DNA from: an uncultured Bacteroidales bacterium
GTDB lineage: Bacteria > Bacteroidota > Bacteroidia > Bacteroidales > Muribaculaceae
Assembly: GCA_902776435.1 (NCBI GenBank)
Contig: CACYQB010000005.1
Span: 35,234-99,233 of the forward strand
DNA length: 64,000 nt
Direction of reading: 5' to 3'
The notes beneath the pieces are model-generated. The model worked only from the letters and a program-made list of their open reading frames with translations, was not told where the DNA came from and made no database searches. Each line of letters begins with the position of its first letter. Positions within the stretch are counted from its first letter, which is position 1. Positions 28,354 to 37,864 of this stretch are shown here, in pieces. The translations under genes were made by a program, and so were the position numbers.

Positions 28354-29409
28354 CTAACGCTCAAAAACGGCGACCAGCGGGTAATGGTCGCTCTCACCCT
28401 CCTTGTCACGACGGCACGACAGCACACGCAGGTTGCCGCGATAGAAAATGTGGTCAATCTTGACATAGAGGTGATGGGCATGGAAGGTATAAGTGGGGCC
28501 GAATCCAGCCTCGACCCACGCATCCAACAAGTCGTCACCACACAGGGTGCGGTAAGCATAAGAACCAGGCGTGTCGTTCATGTCGCCCATGACCACGACA
28601 TCACCCACGGTTTCATCAAGAAGGTCGCGCATGGCCTGTACTTGACGTACATGGGTGCGGAAACCGTAATCCAACTTGTTGACAACCGACTTGACGCGCC
28701 TCTTGCGGTCAGAGGGTTTGTTCATCTTCTCAATGATGCGCGCGTCGTTGGCCGTGAAACGCAACGAACTCAAGTGCATGCTGACCACCCGGATATCGCC
28801 ACCAGGAGCCTCTACGTCCCAAGCCTTGATAAAATAACTGATTGAATCAGAGGCAAGCGCCGGGGATTTCACATCAGTGTAAGGGTACTTGGAGAGAATA
28901 CCCACATCAAAAAAGGCCTTCTTGCGATAGGGATATTTTTTATACAATTCCTGCAGCATGGGCTGCACAGTCTTGAGCTGCTCATAAGAGAAATCGACCA
29001 GACCCTCCTGGATGACCACGACATCGGCATCCTGGTCAAGGATGTAGCGCATGGACTTGTTGGGCTTATCGCCCTCGGTCCAGTTAAACTGTGTAACGTT
29101 CATCGTCAAGACCTTGAGTTGGGTTTTGGATGGGTCAGCATCGGAATTGTGGAACAGGTTGAACGGTGATATCAAGCGCAGTGTTGGCCACGAGAGAAAT
29201 AATGCCCCCACCAGGACAACCGCTGCGCGCCACTGCCTGAAAATGGCCAACACTACCAACAAAGCCAGTACGCTAATGGCTATGACGGGCAGCGCCAAAG
29301 TCGCCATTGACGGCAGGGTCCAGATATTGGGATCTACACGTCCGCCATAGGCCGCAAAGAGCAATACAAAGGCTGCGACTATCGATATGAGACGAAAGAT
29401 ATATTTCAT
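28354..29409 (-). CDS. Endonuclease/exonuclease/phosphatase family protein with N-terminal membrane segments
   Basis: VLTMNV, VVVIQE, VMGDMND, KIDHIFY, SDHYPL; start moved to MKYIF. Confidence 0.88.
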   Translation of the reverse strand: MKYIFRLISIVAAFVLLFAAYGGRVDPNIWTLPSMATLALPVIAISVLALLVVLAIFRQWRAAVVLVGALFLSWPTLRLISPFNLFHNSDADPSKTQLKVLTMNVTQFNWTEGDKPNKSMRYILDQDADVVVIQEGLVDFSYEQLKTVQPMLQELYKKYPYRKKAFFDVGILSKYPYTDVKSPALASDSISYFIKAWDVEAPGGDIRVVSMHLSSLRFTANDARIIEKMNKPSDRKRRVKSVVNKLDYGFRTHVRQVQAMRDLLDETVGDVVVMGDMNDTPGSYAYRTLCGDDLLDAWVEAGFGPTYTFHAHHLYVKIDHIFYRGNLRVLSCRRDKEGESDHYPLVAVFER

Positions 29410-29425
29410 GTAACGAAATTGGTGA

Positions 29426-30451
29426 TTAAATGAGTTTCCATCCCGGTTTAAAGAATGGTTCTTGGGCGGTGAAGCGCGGGGCATAGGTCTTGAGTAGCCA
29501 GATTACAGGCCACAAGACCAGCATGGTTAACGCGAAAACGATTAGAGTCAATCCGATGCCAGGCTCCATACCGCCGCGCAGGATGAACCATGAGCGGATG
29601 GGCAGGAAGAGCACCATGTGGGTGCCCAATATAATGAGTGAGTAGCGCCCGTAGTGACACAGGACCGGGATGCGGGGAAGTGGCTTGCAAGCCCAGAAGA
29701 GTGACAGGATGGCCACAAAGGGTAAGACGTAGAGTTTCCAGTAGGCCGGCAATACCTGGAGGTGGAGATTCATGTAATCGCTCAAGTAATAGATGGGCAA
29801 CGCCACCACAGCCAGAACAAGAACGCCCCACTTGTCATAACGGGAGGGCTCCAAAACACCCAGGCGCTTTATCCCCCACCCTAAAACAAAATAAGGCAAT
29901 GCCACCATCGACGTATCGAGCATGAGCGGCAACTCCACTTTATGGCTACCCAACCAATAGCCTACGGCAGAAATGGCTATGGTCGCCAAGAGCAGCCCCC
30001 ATAGCGGTTTAATCAGGCGTTGCAGAGCATAGAAGATAATGTTTACCCAGAACAGGCTCAACAGAAACCAGAGCGGCGAGGTCAACAGCCAGGAGCGCAT
30101 GTAGAATGGTTCAATGAGGATACTCGGGTTGATATCGATGGGCTGGGCACCGATGAGATAACGGGCGCCAAATTCCACCAACCTTAATCCATAGGCCAGC
30201 ACCACAAAAAAAACGAACGGCACAAGGATGTTATTGACCTTGCGCCGCGTGAAATCGGCAAAGCCGCCATATAGCTTAAAGAAAATACCTGATATGAAAT
30301 AATACATCGGCAAGCGGAAAGCCTGCAGGGCATTATTCAGATTGGGAGCAAGATAGTTGAAAAACTCATGATCGATATGGTACATCACGATGAGCATGAT
30401 GCACAGGCATTTCATGAAGTCGATGTAGGCAATGCGCTGTGGTTGTGCCAT
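29426..30451 (-). CDS. Acyltransferase family 3 (membrane O-acyltransferase)
   Basis: RIAYIDFMKCLCIMLIVMYH, FRLPMYYFISG, PLWFLLSLF; about 10 TM segments. Confidence 0.88.
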   Translation of the reverse strand: MAQPQRIAYIDFMKCLCIMLIVMYHIDHEFFNYLAPNLNNALQAFRLPMYYFISGIFFKLYGGFADFTRRKVNNILVPFVFFVVLAYGLRLVEFGARYLIGAQPIDINPSILIEPFYMRSWLLTSPLWFLLSLFWVNIIFYALQRLIKPLWGLLLATIAISAVGYWLGSHKVELPLMLDTSMVALPYFVLGWGIKRLGVLEPSRYDKWGVLVLAVVALPIYYLSDYMNLHLQVLPAYWKLYVLPFVAILSLFWACKPLPRIPVLCHYGRYSLIILGTHMVLFLPIRSWFILRGGMEPGIGLTLIVFALTMLVLWPVIWLLKTYAPRFTAQEPFFKPGWKLI

Positions 30452-30675
30452 CAGATTTTTGACTCCAGCATAGCAATAACGCGGGAGAAGTCGGTCATCT
30501 CGGCAATCTCCTCGGGTTCCAGCTCGATGTCAAAGGCCTCCTCTAGTTCAGAAGCCAACGAGAGATGATGCAACGAGTCCCAGCGCTCACAATTCTTCTG
30601 AGATGCGTCGGTCGAGACCTCCTCCATGTCAAACACCTCACGCATGATTTCCAGCACTTTTTCTTCTAAGTTCAT
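30451..30675 (-). CDS. Acyl carrier protein (FkbH-associated type)
   Basis: 74 aa acidic; WDSLHHL phosphopantetheine site. Confidence 0.9.
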   Translation of the reverse strand: MNLEEKVLEIMREVFDMEEVSTDASQKNCERWDSLHHLSLASELEEAFDIELEPEEIAEMTDFSRVIAMLESKI

Positions 30676-32267
30676 AATACTCTGATATTGTAACAGTTCT
30701 TAATTTCAAACATTTCATTTAAATCCAAGCTATAATGCTTGGCGCACGAATCATCGGTTCTCACACAGGTCAAGCCCATGCGGTCATAGAAATCGGCCGT
30801 CTGGCCGTTCTTGGCCGTTGGCAGATATTCGGCTGTGATGTGGCGATAGCCATCCAGCCTCAACAGATTGAAGACCGTCTTAATGAAAGCCTCCTCAATC
30901 CCCTTACCGAGAATGCGGCAACTGAGCAGCAGCGAGTCGATATTGACAGTGACATCATCACTAGGCTCAAGGAAAACCGCAGCCGTAATTCCACTGTCAC
31001 CAAAACGGTCTCTCACGCTCATGCAAAAAACGCGCCAACCCTGGTCAATACGCTGTTGCACATCGGTCTCGGTATAGCGGCGAGTCGTGAGATTGAACTG
31101 GTTGGTCTTCTGAGTCATCTGCGCGATGCGCGGCAAGTTGTGCTCGTCAGCAGGGATGATATCGAGTTCCATATCCAGGCTATAGAGATAGGTCTCGAGG
31201 TCGGCAAAATGGGACTGCTCAGCCTGTCGCAAAGCGTTGGCACGGTACTGTTCGGTCTTGGTACGGTCCTCACTGGTCACGGCATAGATGCGGAAATATT
31301 TCTCAACCAGTTGCTTGAAGAACGGCATGAGTTCATAGGGCTTTGCCGGGAAATCCGGGACCTCGACCTGGGGAAGCACCTGCTTAATCAATTCACGTTC
31401 AGTGGGATTGTCATCGACAAAAACCATGCTGTCCAACCCGATATTGAGTTCGGCGGCTATCTCGCGGATGTTGGTCGCCTTGTCCTGCCAGTTAATACGT
31501 AGAGAACTGAAATGTTCGCGCTTGAGCACCATGAACGGATTGTGCTGCCATGCCTCATCGACGTCGGCCTCGTTGTTCTTGCTACAGACTGCCAAGATCA
31601 CGCCATTGTTCGCCAGCTGCAGCAATGAGCGCTGCCAATAGGCAAAGGCCTTGCCAGGATAGTCACCGCCCAACTTGATGCCGTCGACTCCATCCTCACC
31701 GAGCACGCCACCCCACAGGGTGTTGTCAAGGTCAAGGATTAGACACTTCTTGCGTTGCAGGGCCAACTCACCCTCGATGCGCTGCCACCAAGTCTGGAAA
31801 TCGCGAGCCAACTTGGGGTTGAGTAGCGTCTGTGACATGAGATAATATTTCCAATTAACCAGTGTTTCAGCATCATAACGGCCCAAGAACTCCGAGAAGT
31901 CCACCCACTTGACATGGGCACGCGTCGCCGCCAATTCGGCAGCATGATTGTTGAAAGCAGCAATCGCCTGGCTCACAGCGGTCTCGTCACCAGTAAGCCT
32001 CAAGGGGAAGAGGTTTTCAAGAGAGAAAATGACAAAGGGTTTGCCAGAATCGGCAGTTGCCAAAACCAAATCCAGTTTATCCCTGTAGGAATCAATTTCC
32101 TGAGCCAGTTGGGCGCTATCGGGATTCACGGGAACCTGATAGAACCAAATATAACGGTCCACCTCGGCGGGGATTACACTGATGTCGTCATAACCTGAAT
32201 AGGTCACGCCATCATATCCCAAGAAGGCTTCAACCGTCTGATTGCGAAAGACAAAAGTAGTCATCAT
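30672..32267 (-). CDS. FkbH-like HAD-IIIC glyceryl-ACP synthase with C-terminal GNAT-like domain
   Basis: LILDLDNTLWGGVLGEDG, CSKNNE, FVDDNPTER, QKTNQFNLTTRRY, DRFGDSG, LLSCRILG. Confidence 0.92.
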   Translation of the reverse strand: MMTTFVFRNQTVEAFLGYDGVTYSGYDDISVIPAEVDRYIWFYQVPVNPDSAQLAQEIDSYRDKLDLVLATADSGKPFVIFSLENLFPLRLTGDETAVSQAIAAFNNHAAELAATRAHVKWVDFSEFLGRYDAETLVNWKYYLMSQTLLNPKLARDFQTWWQRIEGELALQRKKCLILDLDNTLWGGVLGEDGVDGIKLGGDYPGKAFAYWQRSLLQLANNGVILAVCSKNNEADVDEAWQHNPFMVLKREHFSSLRINWQDKATNIREIAAELNIGLDSMVFVDDNPTERELIKQVLPQVEVPDFPAKPYELMPFFKQLVEKYFRIYAVTSEDRTKTEQYRANALRQAEQSHFADLETYLYSLDMELDIIPADEHNLPRIAQMTQKTNQFNLTTRRYTETDVQQRIDQGWRVFCMSVRDRFGDSGITAAVFLEPSDDVTVNIDSLLLSCRILGKGIEEAFIKTVFNLLRLDGYRHITAEYLPTAKNGQTADFYDRMGLTCVRTDDSCAKHYSLDLNEMFEIKNCYNIRVL

Positions 32268-32269
32268 TA

Positions 32270-33277
32270 TTACTTCTTTAACATGCGATAGAGCTTACTC
32301 ATCATGGACCACAGGCGAGGATGCATCATCAAGCGGTGAATCAACTTCCATTTTGTGCTGCCATAATTGGCTTCCGGCCCCACGCAGGGGAAAGGATACA
32401 AGCCCACAGCACGCATGCGGTCCAGCACATCATCGACCAAACCAGCAGAGAATGCCCGAGTCAAAGCAAAGTAGAGATACACATTCCTCAAACCGGCCAC
32501 GCTGGCGGGTGCCACCTGACGTGAGGTCTCATTGAAACGCTTGATTGTGCCATCGATTGAAGAGGCTGAATCAACCTGGCTGAAAAGTCGATTCCTCAAG
32601 TGATTGATATCCGTATTGTTCATCGCGCTGCCTGCACGCTTCACATAACAGTAGGGGGCAGCATCATGATGTGCCACGCGGGAGGCCTGGAGCATGAATT
32701 GCGCGATGACTTCCCCATCCTCGCACACGATGAGCGAAGGATCAAAACGCCAGTTGTGATGTTTAAAAAACTCACGTCGAATGAGATAACGCCAGATGTA
32801 GGGCGTCATGCTGTGACCTTCAAGGTATTCAACTCCCGTCATGACGCCAGTCGTTGCACTGGCATTCTCAGAGGCTATAGTCACCGTGCCATCGGGGAAT
32901 GCCATCCTGTTGTTCAAAACCATCACATCCAGGTCCAGTTCAATCGCACGCGTAATCAGCGATGCCATCGACTGTTCAATCAGGTAGTCATCACTATCGA
33001 CAAACTGAATGTAACGGCCACGGGCATGATCCAACGCCAAATTGCGCGCGCTGCTCACCCCCGCATGGGACTGGCAGAGGATGCGTACAACAGGATGCTC
33101 TCTGGCAAACGAATCCACTACGGCTACAGTGCCGTCGGTTGACTCATCATCTACAGCGATGATTTCGTATTGTTCAGGATTTAGCCCTTGATTGACAAGA
33201 GACTGCAAGCACTTGAGCACATAAGGCTCAGTGTTATATAGTGGTACAATATATGTTAGGAGGATATCACTCATCAA
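32270..33277 (-). CDS. Glycosyltransferase family 2
   Basis: IVPLYNTE, VDDESTD, SARNLAL, FVDSDD. Confidence 0.9.
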   Translation of the reverse strand: MMSDILLTYIVPLYNTEPYVLKCLQSLVNQGLNPEQYEIIAVDDESTDGTVAVVDSFAREHPVVRILCQSHAGVSSARNLALDHARGRYIQFVDSDDYLIEQSMASLITRAIELDLDVMVLNNRMAFPDGTVTIASENASATTGVMTGVEYLEGHSMTPYIWRYLIRREFFKHHNWRFDPSLIVCEDGEVIAQFMLQASRVAHHDAAPYCYVKRAGSAMNNTDINHLRNRLFSQVDSASSIDGTIKRFNETSRQVAPASVAGLRNVYLYFALTRAFSAGLVDDVLDRMRAVGLYPFPCVGPEANYGSTKWKLIHRLMMHPRLWSMMSKLYRMLKK

Positions 33278-33672
33278 GAGAGCGTCTCGACCAATTCAAT
33301 AAGGCCGGTGTTTTTCTGGAACAGAAATGCCACTCGCCTATCCTGCATGGCACAGGCAGGAACTGGGCCGCTCACGAGCAAGAAGCGCTTTCCTCGCAGC
33401 ATAGCAATAGCGGCTTCAATGTCCTGTACCTTATAGCAGATGTGATAAGGCGATACCCCGACGGCCGAAAGCGTTCGCAGCACTGGACTCTGCTCGTCCA
33501 GAGGCTCAAGCAGTTCCAAGCAGGGTTCCCCTTCCTTGTTCAAAAAACAAATGCGGACGTGCTGTAACACGTCCTCGACAGTTGCCGATGTCTCATAACC
33601 CATCGACAAGTAAAAAAGCTTAGTCTTTTCGATATCTCGGCAGGCAATGCCGATGTGGTCAAAGGTAAGCAT
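33274..33672 (-). CDS. VOC family protein, methylmalonyl-CoA epimerase-like
   Basis: FDHIGIAC, CLELLEP, YHICYKV, LIELVE: four H/E metal ligands. Confidence 0.85.
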   Translation of the reverse strand: MLTFDHIGIACRDIEKTKLFYLSMGYETSATVEDVLQHVRICFLNKEGEPCLELLEPLDEQSPVLRTLSAVGVSPYHICYKVQDIEAAIAMLRGKRFLLVSGPVPACAMQDRRVAFLFQKNTGLIELVETLS

Positions 33673-33695
33673 GACAAATGGTTATGTGCCAGTGG

Positions 33696-34745
33696 TTAAT
33701 ACTCGATGACGGGCGACACGTTGCAGTCGCGCATGTTCATGATGGCGGAGCCCCAGCTCAAGCCAGCGCCAAAGCCACTCATCAGCACCAAATTGTCACC
33801 CGCAAGGCGTCCACTCAATTCACTCGAGATGGTCAAGGGCACCGAAGCGCTGCTGGTGTTACCGAACTTGTGGATGCAATAAGGAACCTTGTCAGGAGAA
33901 ACCTTAAGCTTCTTGACAAAGAAGTCCATCATGAAACGGTTGGCCTGGTGGAAGACCAAATAATCCAGGTCCTCAACTGAGCGTTCGGTCTCCTTGAGGA
34001 GCTGCTTCACGCTCTTAGGCACCTTGCTGATGGCAAAGTTGAAGACATCCATGCCGTCCATATACACTTCGAGGTCGGTGCGGATGTTTCCATCCTCGCG
34101 CTCACGCTCCACACAGGACTCGGCGGTGATGGGATTGCGCATACCCGCATGAATCTTCAACGTGTCCTCTCCGCTGCCATCGGTATTGAGAATAAACGTG
34201 GAATCGCCATATTCGCCTTTCTCGATAAGCGTTGCCGTTCCTGCGTCACCATAGAGGGGCCAATCGACCTTGTCGCGACGATTGACAATCTTAGAGAACG
34301 TCTCGCCATCGAGCAGGAGTACACGGTTCACGCCCTCCATCGACGCATAGGCAAAAGCGGCACTCAAGGCAAACAGGTAGCCCGAGCATCCTAACGTAAT
34401 GTCAAAGCACAAGGTTTCACGAGGTAGCCCCAAACGGTGCTGGAGCAGACAGGATGTCGCGGGAATGCGGTAATCGGCCGTCTGACTCATGAATAACAAG
34501 ACGTCAATGCTGTCTGGCTCAATATTGTTGTCGGCAAACAACTGCTGAGCAGCCTTGAAACAAAGGTCGCTCGCTGTCACATCGGGAGCGGCAATACGTC
34601 GCTGCTCAATGCCAATGTTGTTGATGGTTTTCTCGATTTCCTCCTCAGGAATAAGATAACCCAGGTCCTTGTTATAAACAATGTCCTGGGGTACACATGC
34701 AGTGAGGGCTTTGATGCCCACACCATGATAGGTTATTTTTGCCAT
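33696..34745 (-). CDS. Ketoacyl-ACP synthase III (FabH-like, locus-specific)
   Basis: Catalytic triad LGCSG, FHQAN, FGNTSSAS; GFGAGLSWG. Confidence 0.92.
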   Translation of the reverse strand: MAKITYHGVGIKALTACVPQDIVYNKDLGYLIPEEEIEKTINNIGIEQRRIAAPDVTASDLCFKAAQQLFADNNIEPDSIDVLLFMSQTADYRIPATSCLLQHRLGLPRETLCFDITLGCSGYLFALSAAFAYASMEGVNRVLLLDGETFSKIVNRRDKVDWPLYGDAGTATLIEKGEYGDSTFILNTDGSGEDTLKIHAGMRNPITAESCVEREREDGNIRTDLEVYMDGMDVFNFAISKVPKSVKQLLKETERSVEDLDYLVFHQANRFMMDFFVKKLKVSPDKVPYCIHKFGNTSSASVPLTISSELSGRLAGDNLVLMSGFGAGLSWGSAIMNMRDCNVSPVIEY

Positions 34746-34795
34746 ACGTTTAAATATGTTGGCCGTCAGACGGCGAAATCGTCAGGGCTATCAAA

Positions 34796-35029
34796 TCATT
34801 CAACCCTAGACTTTACAATATTATAAAGGTCTTCGACGGTGTTGCTGTTGCGTATGTCTTCTCCACGGAATTCCACATCATACTCCTCGTCAATCATCGC
34901 GATTACCGACAACGCGAGAAGGGATGACCACTCTTCCAAATCCTTAAACGATGTGGTTTCATTTATGGTATCAGGGTCTGTTTCGTCAAACAGATCCGTA
35001 AAGTTCTCTATAAATTGGTCTATACTCAT
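34796..35029 (-). CDS. Acyl carrier protein
   Basis: 77 aa acidic; EEWSSLLALSV site; TVEDLY. Confidence 0.88.
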   Translation of the reverse strand: MSIDQFIENFTDLFDETDPDTINETTSFKDLEEWSSLLALSVIAMIDEEYDVEFRGEDIRNSNTVEDLYNIVKSRVE

Positions 35030-35113
35030 ACTGTATATCTATATTTCTTGAATTAATCTAGAATCATTTTTGCCATTTAAACGTAAATACACCTATGGTA
35101 TTTTAACGGGGGG

Positions 35114-35121
35114 CAAAAATA
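35114..35121 (-). promoter_or_regulatory. Internal -7 promoter element (TATTTTTG) for the ACP-FabH-VOC-GT2-FkbH-ACP-AT3 block
   Basis: TAnnTTTG in a 287-nt AT-rich gap, about 85 nt upstream of the ACP start. Confidence 0.4.
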
Positions 35122-35316
35122 ATCAAAAAAAATCATATCGACACATCTAGGCAGAATATTTAACGAGAAAAAGCCGAAAACGGGTGAAAAAATGGACTTT
35201 TGGGCAAATAATATGCTCTAAATATGTCTGGAATGGAATCTAAAGGCGGTCAACGCCACCAGCACCATAGATTGTAAATTATGCAAGATTTGGATTTCAG
35301 ATATTATACTTGATGA

Positions 35317-36456
35317 TCACTTGCAGCAAGCGATAATCTCTTTTGCAACCAGTTCTACCTGTTCATCGGTCACCCAGGGGCCACTGGGCAGACAAAGCCC
35401 CTTGGTGAACAAATCCTCGCTTACACCGTTGACATAGGCTGGTGCGCCGGAGAAGACGGGCTGGGTGTGCATGGGCTTCCACAAGGGACGTGACTCGATG
35501 TTGCAGGCATCGAGATGTTGCCTAACGGTCTCATAATCGGTTCCCGTCTTAACAGGGTCAATCAGGATGGTGTTAAGCCAGTAGTTACTGTCAGAACGTT
35601 CATCAAAGTTGACATGCACGTCAATACCGTCAACTTCGGCAAAGAGTTCGACGTATCGGTCACACAGGTGCCTGTGGTGAGCCAAGTGCTCATCGAGGAC
35701 GGTCATCTGTCCGCGACCGATGCCAGCACAGATGTTGCTCATGCGGTAGTTGTAGCCGATCTCCTTATGGAGATAATAGGGCATGGGCTCACGTGCCTGC
35801 GTCGCATAGAACATGATTTTCTTTTTGGTCACCTCATCAGGGCAAATGAGCGCACCACCGCCACTGGTGGTGATCATCTTGTTACCATTGAAACTCATGA
35901 TGCCATAGTCGCCAAAGGTGCCACACAACTGTCCACGATAACGGGAGCCGAAGGCCTCGGCCGAATCCTCAACAACGGGAATCTCGTATCGACGGGCGAT
36001 TTCCATAATATCATCAATCTTGGCTGGCATGCCATACAGATAAACGGGAATAATGGCCTTGGGCTTGCGGCCAGTATTGGCAATACGGTCCTTGATGGCA
36101 TCTTCGAGCAGATTGGGATCCATGTTCCAGGTGTCTGGCTCACTATCGACGAAGACAGGGACACCGCCTTGATAGGTGATGGGATTGGCGCTTGCCGAGA
36201 AAGTCATCGACTGGCAGATCACCTCATCATCACGGCCAACGCCTAAGTTTACGAGAGCCAGATGAATGGCAGCAGTGCCAGAACTGAGCGCGACAACCTT
36301 CTTATTTTCACCACACAACTGTTCAAGATCCTCTTCAAAGGCATTCACATTGGGACCCAGGGGCACCACCCAATTGGTATCAAAAGCCTCTTGAATATAC
36401 TTCATCTCTTGGCCACTCATGTGAGCGAGACATAACAAAATCTTATCGTTTGCCAT
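35317..36456 (-). CDS. DegT/DnrJ/EryC1/StrS sugar aminotransferase (PglE/EpsN-like)
   Basis: SSGTAAIHLAL, EDSAEAFG, SFNGNKMITTSGGG, GYNYRMSN, ESRPLWKPMH. Confidence 0.93.
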   Translation of the reverse strand: MANDKILLCLAHMSGQEMKYIQEAFDTNWVVPLGPNVNAFEEDLEQLCGENKKVVALSSGTAAIHLALVNLGVGRDDEVICQSMTFSASANPITYQGGVPVFVDSEPDTWNMDPNLLEDAIKDRIANTGRKPKAIIPVYLYGMPAKIDDIMEIARRYEIPVVEDSAEAFGSRYRGQLCGTFGDYGIMSFNGNKMITTSGGGALICPDEVTKKKIMFYATQAREPMPYYLHKEIGYNYRMSNICAGIGRGQMTVLDEHLAHHRHLCDRYVELFAEVDGIDVHVNFDERSDSNYWLNTILIDPVKTGTDYETVRQHLDACNIESRPLWKPMHTQPVFSGAPAYVNGVSEDLFTKGLCLPSGPWVTDEQVELVAKEIIACCK

Positions 36457-36472
36457 AAAAAATTATTTACTG

Positions 36473-37057
36473 TTATATGATTTCATCATTTTCTGGAGCA
36501 TGGCCTGGATAGACGGTGCGATGCTCTGCTAATTGCTTGATAATAGTTTCACTGCAAGCCGCCTGCTCTTTGTTGCAGTGAGGTAAATTGGTCACGGTCT
36601 TTACCCCCGGAATGTAACTGTCACCGGTGAACATAACGTCATCGAGCACCCATGTCACGCAGCATGGACTATGACCTGGTGTGAAAACTGCCTTCACGTT
36701 CACACCATCGAACAGTTCAAACTGTTCTCCGTCTTGCAGTATTCTGATGTTTTTAACGGGTTGTATTTGGAGAGTATTGCCGTAAAACTTAGAAAAATTC
36801 AACTTGTCGTTATATAAGGTCTCATAGCCGCTGTCATTGGTATAGATGGCCACATCTGGATACATGTTCAACAACTGATTGAGACCATAGATGTGGTCAA
36901 AATGGCCATGGGTGAGCAGGACGCCGCAAAGGGTACCTTCAATAAGAGGCAGAATCTGGTCTAGGTCCCCACAATCAACAAGCCATGAACAACCATCCTG
37001 AGTCACGATATAACTACAGGAACGGAAGATGGAATTGACAACCTGACGGATGATCAC
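36473..37057 (-). CDS. Metallo-beta-lactamase fold hydrolase (glyoxalase II-like)
   Basis: LLTHGHFDHIYG, TPGHS, FTGDS, YPGH; likely GTG start at 37057. Confidence 0.85.
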   Translation of the reverse strand: MIIRQVVNSIFRSCSYIVTQDGCSWLVDCGDLDQILPLIEGTLCGVLLTHGHFDHIYGLNQLLNMYPDVAIYTNDSGYETLYNDKLNFSKFYGNTLQIQPVKNIRILQDGEQFELFDGVNVKAVFTPGHSPCCVTWVLDDVMFTGDSYIPGVKTVTNLPHCNKEQAACSETIIKQLAEHRTVYPGHAPENDEII

Positions 37058-37070
37058 CGGGTAAGGAAAA

Positions 37071-37823
37071 CTATAGGGAGAAGCCGCCGTCAAGAACCAG
37101 ATCATGACCTGTCATCCACGCCGAAGCGTCGCTCAATAGGTAGATAGCGGCATTGGCGACATCCGTGGGTTCGCCATAGCGGCCCAGCGGGTAACGTTTA
37201 GCGTCCTCGGCCAGTTGTTCCTCGGTGATTGTGCCATCATGGATGAGCGGTGTGTTGACCATGCCAGGGCAGATGCTGTTGACGCGTACCATGCGGGCAG
37301 CATACTCGCGGGCAGCATAACGCATGATTGAATTCAACGCAGCCTTGGATGCGCCATACACGCCATTGCCCGGCATGAAGCTATGGGTACCGCCAATGGA
37401 GGCGATTAATACCACAGACGCACCTTTAAGAAGCACTTTCTTCTTGTACATCAAGCGCAGCAACTCGACAGGGGCAAAGAAATTGATGTCAAACATGCTA
37501 TCGAATTTCTCGCGCGTGCCGAATTGCAACGGCAACGTCATCGAGTTACCAGCACACAGCACTGCTCCATCGAGTTTAGGCAGCTCGCCCACGAGGCGCT
37601 CCACATCCTGCTGGACAGTCATATCAGCAAGCAACTGCATGTGGCCCTCGACCTCGGGATTCAATTGGTCAAAAGTAGCATGCAGACGTTCCTGATTGCG
37701 GGCTGTTATGACAACTTTCGCACCCATTCGCGAGCAAGCGATGGCCGATTCTTGGCCGATGCCAGAAGATGCGCCAGTCACCAGAACGGTCTTACCCGTT
37801 AGCGTGAAAGGATTATATTCCAT
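37071..37823 (-). CDS. SDR oxidoreductase (3-oxoacyl-ACP reductase-like)
   Basis: TGASSGIG, YGASK, RVNSICPG, DGGFS. Confidence 0.9.
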   Translation of the reverse strand: MEYNPFTLTGKTVLVTGASSGIGQESAIACSRMGAKVVITARNQERLHATFDQLNPEVEGHMQLLADMTVQQDVERLVGELPKLDGAVLCAGNSMTLPLQFGTREKFDSMFDINFFAPVELLRLMYKKKVLLKGASVVLIASIGGTHSFMPGNGVYGASKAALNSIMRYAAREYAARMVRVNSICPGMVNTPLIHDGTITEEQLAEDAKRYPLGRYGEPTDVANAAIYLLSDASAWMTGHDLVLDGGFSL

Positions 37824-37864
37824 TTTTATATTTTATTCAATTAATCAAAATTGGTCTCAGATTC

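Noticed and set aside
30206-30213. A8 tract in acyltransferase-3 as a phase-variation switch
   Set aside because: Short, encodes an ordinary hydrophobic FFV stretch, and the frame is intact; no evidence of slippage.
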